64,000 bases of DNA from Octopus sinensis (lineage: Eukaryota). The number at the start of each line of letters is the position of its first letter. The first letter of the stretch is position 1. The translations under genes were made by a program, and so were the position numbers. Positions 57,301 to 64,000 of this stretch are shown here, piece by piece. The stretch covers positions 16,926,001-16,990,000 of the forward strand of contig NC_043004.1 of assembly GCF_006345805.1 (NCBI RefSeq). The letters are read 5' to 3'. A model generated the notes under the pieces. It was not told the DNA's origin and made no database searches. It was given only the letters and a program-made list of their open reading frames with translations.

Positions 57301-59850
57301 CTGAAAATGAAAACATGATGTTTAGTATTTATGTTTGTTATATTATATCATATTATATCATATTAAATTATTTATAGATGCATGAAGCTCTGCACCGTCC
57401 TTAGCACTGATAGTTTGGTTACCATTTACGTGTGTATACACAAATCTATATATATATGTATGTGCGTTGGTTCAAGGGATAGAGAGAGAGAGAGAGAGAG
57501 AGGCAGACAGACAGACAGATAGACTGACAGACAGATAGACAGATAGACAGAAAGACAGGTAGACAAACAGACAGACTATTACAAAGAAATAGGTCTTGAA
57601 TAACTGTCCTACGTTTAATTTTCTAGTGTATAAAGCGTATTTAAATCGTGTGTAGATTAAGATCTTACTAGAACTACACTTACAAAGCCAGACATGTTTT
57701 ACTCAAAAGTTTCTACATCGTGCATCTAAAAACATATCCCCATTGGTCATTAAACTATAAATTAATCATCTACTACCAATTATAATTTCTAAATTTCTCT
57801 TATTTTCTTCTCATTTACTTCCTTCCATTAATATTTCCTTTTCAAATCTTCCTATTGTGCGCGTCCTACTATCATTTGGCATATTATACAATGGCTGCAG
57901 ACCATTTATTTAAGAGTACACGTCTACTGAACAATAGCACTTAGTCTAGTCTGTTTTAATATACTTGTGACTGTTTGGTTGTATGGTTGTCTGTGTATGC
58001 ATGTGTGTGCATGCCTGTACGTATGCGTCTGTATGCATAAACATGTGTATGTAATAGGTGAATAGAACAAACGCCAAAAATCTATTAAAGTTGCTTTAGC
58101 CGAGTTACTTCATTTTGGAAAATATTATTGCTACACCTATTCAAAAGGCAACTATACAAAATGTATTCCCCCGTTTACGAAATAAATAATGTAGGTGGGG
58201 TAAAAGATTGATTCAAAGCATTGAAGTAGTAAATTGTTTCATAAGATAAACCGGTTCTAGTTTAACTGAAGTGTTTAAAACGAATTAATTGGAGATAAAT
58301 CTACTGAGTTATTAAATTCTTTGTCGCAATTAGAATGGGAAACTTCCTTGCTTATTATTCTTTTTCGGGAGTATTTTTAAATTCCAAAGAAGTTAATATT
58401 GGCTGGAACGTTAACACGTCTGTTGCGTCTCTTTTAAATTGCGTGATCACAAATCATTTTAAATTGCTAAACTTCGAATATGAAAGTGATTATTTCCCTT
58501 TTATTTCTGAAAGATAATATTCTTTTAAGAAAGTAATCTGCTTTATACATGTAAAACTATTCAGCCTCAAATATAATATTTAGCGTTATTTTTCTAATTT
58601 GGATGTCAACCAATACAAGACGTTAACAAAAGCTCATGTGACTGACATTTACAATTAATCTACGGTTCATTATGTCTGGCAACAAAACTAGTTGCTTATG
58701 ATCAAATACGAGAGTTGTATGCAAAGTAAAACAAAACCCAGAAATTTGATAAGAAGTTGAGTACAAAATACCTATGTTAATAATTATTTATTAATTGTGG
58801 ATATACAGCGACTTGATTTGGAAACATTTTTATGGACAATGAAGTGTAAGTCAGAAAAGGCTTTATCAGTGCACGCCAGCCACGAGAATTTGTCGATCTA
58901 AAAGATGAAAGGTAGCTGGAACTAATAGGCAGGCAGTTTAAATAGGACATTCGCGCAGCAGACCAAGTCAAACGTTAGCTAATATTATGAGTAACAACAC
59001 TGAATCACCAAATTACCCCGGTGACTATGAACTGCAACGGTCTGCTGAATCAGAACTGACTTGAACCTAAAGGACGATTATTGCATTACCTAAGCCGTTG
59101 AAACCAAATTCTTTCAAACATCCCACTATTGTCACTTTTATATGTGCGTCGTATGATTAGGAATCTACTCAATATAGTTTGCGAGCTATCTACCCTGAAA
59201 GAATTGTGAGCTGTAAAACTATCAACTTTCACGGTAAAACTTTAATACATATTAGAAAGAAAACCAATTAATCGTTCTGTGATGTACCATCTATTGTATC
59301 AGACTGGTTCAAATTCACAGATGTAGATATTCAAAAGGGATTGCATAGTTTCTAGCAATTTTTAAGTGATCATATTAAATTTTCACGAGATAGCAACGCT
59401 AAAGATATTGGCAGTATATTATTATTATTGATAACATATCGAAGAAAGCAATCTTTGATGCCACAGAACACCAGCCAGAGACTACTTATATTTGTATCTG
59501 TTTTGACTTAGCGGGAAAACATCTTTTCAATAATTAAAACCTTCCTAAAATTTAGCGTGAATGAGACTGTTTCGACAAATACAACATTGCTTACGACTCT
59601 ATTGATCGTATGACTTAAATTGATCTAAGCCTCTCTTGACAGTATTATTATTTTGGTTGTTATATTTATTTCGGCTGCATTATTTCGATTGATGTACAAG
59701 TATATGTGTGCGAGTTTATCGTAGAGCGATAACAAAACCTGACGATTTGCTGGTTTTCAGATTTACCGTTCCTATTATAAATTATGCCATTCTGAAACAT
59801 TTACTCCATGAGAATAGAAGTTTGAAAAACTTAAATGTATTGAGAATTAC

Positions 59851-59908
59851 CTACTTTCAGTTGCGTTTTCCACAGTAGATTGTTCTTCAAAAACTGTTAC
59901 GGTATTTT
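59851..59908 (-). CDS. Candidate upstream linker exon of the same gene (ENTVTVFEEQSTVENATE)
   Basis: Strong acceptor tttgttttacttattag|AAA, open frame, two possible donors (A|gtaggt, phase 1, compatible with the 57300 exon; AG|gtaatt, phase 2). Confidence 0.5.
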
Positions 59909-61367
59909 CTAATAAGTAAAACAAAAGAAAGTGTTTAAAAATTCGCATAGAAAATCATATTGAATTAATTATATCTTAAAATATTCTTGTTTAATTCAAC
60001 ATTTGTTGAGATTTACAGGGAATATTAAAAAAGAATTTTGAGCTATATTGCGAGGTTTTAATAATATTCTAACACTAACTGGCTTGAAATTACAGCTGAA
60101 AAAATATTTAGAAATATGGTCTTTACTTTTACCTTCATATTTACTATTTCTCAATATAATAGTATGTCAAACGTTGCTCCACTTGATACTTCAGATCAGT
60201 GAGCCTCAGCAATTTGTAGCTCAGCGTCCCTTTCCCATATTTTGCCCCAAAATGCAACAGAATATCTTAATCAAAAACTAATTGTAATGATTCTAATTGC
60301 AATGATTCTAAGTGTTTTTAAAGTAACCCATCCATCACTAGCCTCTTTTCACATATTTGCACTAATACCTCCTAAGGTAATTTCTGGTAGAAATTAATAA
60401 AAGAAGGTTAGAAAAAATATTATGAAATTATACTAGATTTTTGTATATCATTAATCATGTCCCTTCTTCTTTATTAAACACTATATACTATTCACATTCT
60501 AATTACAACGAAGATATAATATCTATTTAAAATATAAATTTTTTGCCAGGTTTAAACATTTTACCTCTAAGAAAATTCAGAACCCATTTAAATACCCAGA
60601 GGCCCCTTGAGGCCTGTACCCCTTTTGTGAGACCACATGTTATTAATCGCTGCTTTAGATCACAATGAGTGACGTAATTTATAAGTATGTATTGCTAATA
60701 ACGACACAGTTCCAAAATTTCTCTTATAAAGTGCTTTTGTTTTCTCTAGCCTTCAACTATAAGTAGATTATATATGTGTTTTTATATATACGTGTGTGTG
60801 TGTGTGGTGTGTGTATGTCATTATTCAGTTTTATTTCCAGTGTTCTTACCAATAGGGAAAGAACCGGTTTCTAACCTAGATCCAAAGCTCCTTCATTGGA
60901 AGTTCAACATCAGCAACTGGGTAAATTTTTACGCATATATACATGCATGTATGTATTTATGTATGCATGTATGTATGCATGTATGTATGTATGTATGTAT
61001 GTATGTATGTATGCGTGTAGATTTGTATGTTTTGTTTTATGTCTGCTCATGCATCTACTTACATATCTAGATATACTCATGTATACATAAATGATAAACT
61101 TCCGAAAAGTTTTACATATCTTTACTGTTCCAGTTATAGTTTGGATCTGTAGTCTTCGAATCAGTTTTCTCCTTTCTGGTTTTCAGAAGCCTAACTTCTC
61201 AAGATTAGTATCTAGGCAGTTTGTTACATATGCATGTATGTATGTATGTATGTACGTACGTACGTACGTATGTATGTATGTATGTATGTATGTATGTATG
61301 TATGTATGTATGTATGTATGTATGTATTTATGTATGTATGTATTTATGTATGTAGGTATGTATGTAT

Positions 61368-61760
61368 GCGACGTGCTGGTAGTATCGTTAACACGCTGGA
61401 CAAAATGCTTAATATTTCGTCTGCCGTTACGTTGTGAGTTCAAATTCCGCCGAGGTCGACTTTGCCTTTCATCCTTTCGGGGTCGATTAAATCAGTACCA
61501 GTTACGCACTGGGGTCGATATAATCGACTTAATCTGTTTGTCTGTCCTTGTTTGTCCTCTCTATGCCTAGCTCCTTTTGGGTAGTAAAGAAATAGATATT
61601 TCGTCCGTCGCTACGTTCACAGTTCAGTTTCTGCCGTAGTCGACTTTGCCTTTTATCCTTTCGAGGTCGATAAATTAAGTACCAGTGAAACACTGGGGTC
61701 GATGTAATTGACAAATCCCCTCCCCAAAAACTTCAAACCTTGAGCTTTTAGTAGAAATAA
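61368..61760 (+). mobile_element. SINE family B, dimer
   Basis: Same architecture as 17966-18353. Confidence 0.88.
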
Positions 61761-61851
61761 TTTTTTTTTTGTAAGGCCCAGTACTCATAAGACCTGTTAC
61801 CGGTTTCCATGGCATATAAGTGGTTGAGCAGATCCGGTTCCTTTAAGTTAA

Positions 61852-61989
61852 CACATAGAGAAATGTGCAGGTAACATCAAACCAAATTTCAAAGTTTTCC
61901 CCTTCTACCAGTGCAAAGATACAATTTCTTTACAAGAACGTTTAAATAAAGGACATTTTTTCATCGAAAAATACAGAACACGTCTAAAT
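61852..61989 (+). mobile_element. Penelope-like GIY-YIG C-terminal remnant
   Basis: HIEKCAGNIKPNFKVFPFYQC...ERLNKGHFFIEKYRTRLN, same pattern as 41572-41817. Confidence 0.6.
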
Positions 61990-62365
61990 ATGCACGCATA
62001 ACCAACTTTGATCTGTATACATATTTTAATTCACAATTACATCACTACATATTTATCCCCACTAAATTAGTTTTCGAATTTTTGTGTATATATACATTTC
62101 CTCAGCCCATCGAAAGCTGAACAGTTATTTCCCCTGCCCACAATAATAACGATAACCAATTACCTCCCCTGAGATTTTTCTACTTGTTGAATCATTCACT
62201 TATAAATTTCATGCACAACATGGACCAAAACATTTGTTAAGAGCATACGTATTTAAATAAATGTTAATGTCATGAATAGACAAAGTGAAACCGGTCGACA
62301 AACACAATACAAGATATATTAAAAATGATATTATTAAAACGATGTAAACTGTGTGCATTTTTCTT

Positions 62366-62434
<69 letters not shown>

Positions 62435-62525
62435 TATATATATACATACATACTTATATACATACATACATATATATACATATATATGTGTGTGTGTGTC
62501 CATATATACGCCTATAACTTCTGTT

Positions 62526-62600
<75 letters not shown>

Positions 62601-63209
62601 ACAGGTTATAGTCGTAGCATTTTGCCTTTAAATCAACGACACAAAATATATTACATATGGAATGTTTTAACTTAACTATGAATGGTAATATACCACGTCA
62701 GAAATTGTAGCATACAAATGTATATTTGGACACATGCCTAAATTATTATCTTTCTTTGGGTCATTGGTATTTCCCATAATTCTTATTTCGAAATAGCTAT
62801 TATATCAAAATACATTAAGCGAAAACCCATAAGTCGTTGCTAGGTATTTTCTTGAACAATACATAATTAGTAATTATTTTCTCTACTACCGTAAATAATA
62901 CGAACTGGCTGATTTCCAATGAACATAATACATCGATACACAGAATTCTGAAAAAAATTCAGTCTGCTCTTAGTTTTCTAGTTTTAAATTCATTGTGAAA
63001 GACAGCTAAATCCAACAACACAATTCTCACATTAACGTTAATATCTGTATTAATAATGAACAGTCATGAATATTTAAGGAACATCAAGTCTTGCGAAGTG
63101 GTTTGAATTAGTTGGTGCCATATTGTGTCCCATATGTCTGGCGTAAATGGACATTCATACGCAAATACAGATATCTTAATACGATTTGTACTATCTCTTG
63201 TATTTAATC

Positions 63210-63865
63210 TGTTACTTGTTTCAGTTATTGGATAGCGGCCATGCTGGGGTACCACTTTGAAGAGTCATTTTAGTCGATCACATCGACCACAGTGCTTATT
63301 TATGCCTCGCACATAATTTATAGACCTCTTTGGCCGAACCGCTAAGTTTCTGAGATGTAAACAACCAACACTGGATGTCAAGCTGTGTGGAGGACACAAA
63401 CACAAACACAAAGTCACACATGCACATACACACACATATACACACGCGCGCACGCACGCACACATACCGTATACACACGAGGGATTTCCTGTCTGCCAAA
63501 TTCATTCACAAGGCATTGGTCGACCCGTGACAAGGAGAAGAACTTGGCCCAAGCTGCCACGCATTAAAACTGAACCTGAAACCACATTGTTGCAACGCTA
63601 GTTTCTTAACCACATCCTCATACCTACGTCAATAGATGAAGGTCTCTTGAATGAACTTGTAAATGGCTTTCAGAAATATTACAAAAAGTAGGAGTGGTTG
63701 TGTGGTAAGTAGCTTGCTTACGAACCACGTGGTTCTGGGTTCACCTTGGGTAAGTGTCTTCTACTATAGCCTCGGGCCGACCAAAGCATTGTGAGTGGAT
63801 TTGGCAAACTGAAACTGAAAGAAGCCCGTCGTATATATGAATATATAAATGTGTGTGTGTGTGTA
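63210..63865. mobile_element. Two head-to-head SINE family A copies (63210-63620 -, 63690-63865 +)
   Basis: Matches to family A. Confidence 0.8.
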
Positions 63866-64000
63866 TATGTGTTTTGTCGATGCCCCCAGACGATGAAGTA
63901 GTCTAGCCCAATACGTAGATATAGAGGGAGAAGACTAGAGCTTAAGCAATCGGAGTAGGAGCAGAGAGTAGTAGTAGAGGTCATCGGAACGTGCGACATA

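Noticed and set aside
59018-59067. Phase 2-1 exon candidate between the 59851 and 57300 exons
   Set aside because: Sequence resembles a decayed retroelement tail; unnecessary if the phase-1 donor upstream is used.

Overview
AT-rich, microsatellite-dense eukaryotic genomic DNA. The repeat families look like those of an octopod cephalopod (inference from recalled SINE sequences). Nearly all entries in the ORF track are microsatellite or repeat artefacts. I assembled one spliced protein-coding gene by hand on the minus strand from five GT-AG exons with consistent phase (57145-57300, 53609-53967, 50137-50227, 47619-47695, 44409-44447). It encodes a 4-Cys chitin-binding-like module plus a complete laminin-G/concanavalin-like domain, as in the molluscan Pif/BMSP/LamG3 family; its 5' end is unresolved. 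The rest is decayed mobile DNA: three tRNA-SINE families, CR1/L2-type LINEs, a Penelope-like element with an inverted pLTR, and Tc1, mariner, Merlin, Chapaev-like and Helentron-like remnants. Structure these features do not explain includes about ten minimal type I hammerhead-ribozyme motifs of unrelated sequence, two gap-free long hairpins, a templated 168-bp insertion and a 1.2-kb tandem duplication. All family names come from motif recognition, not database searches.
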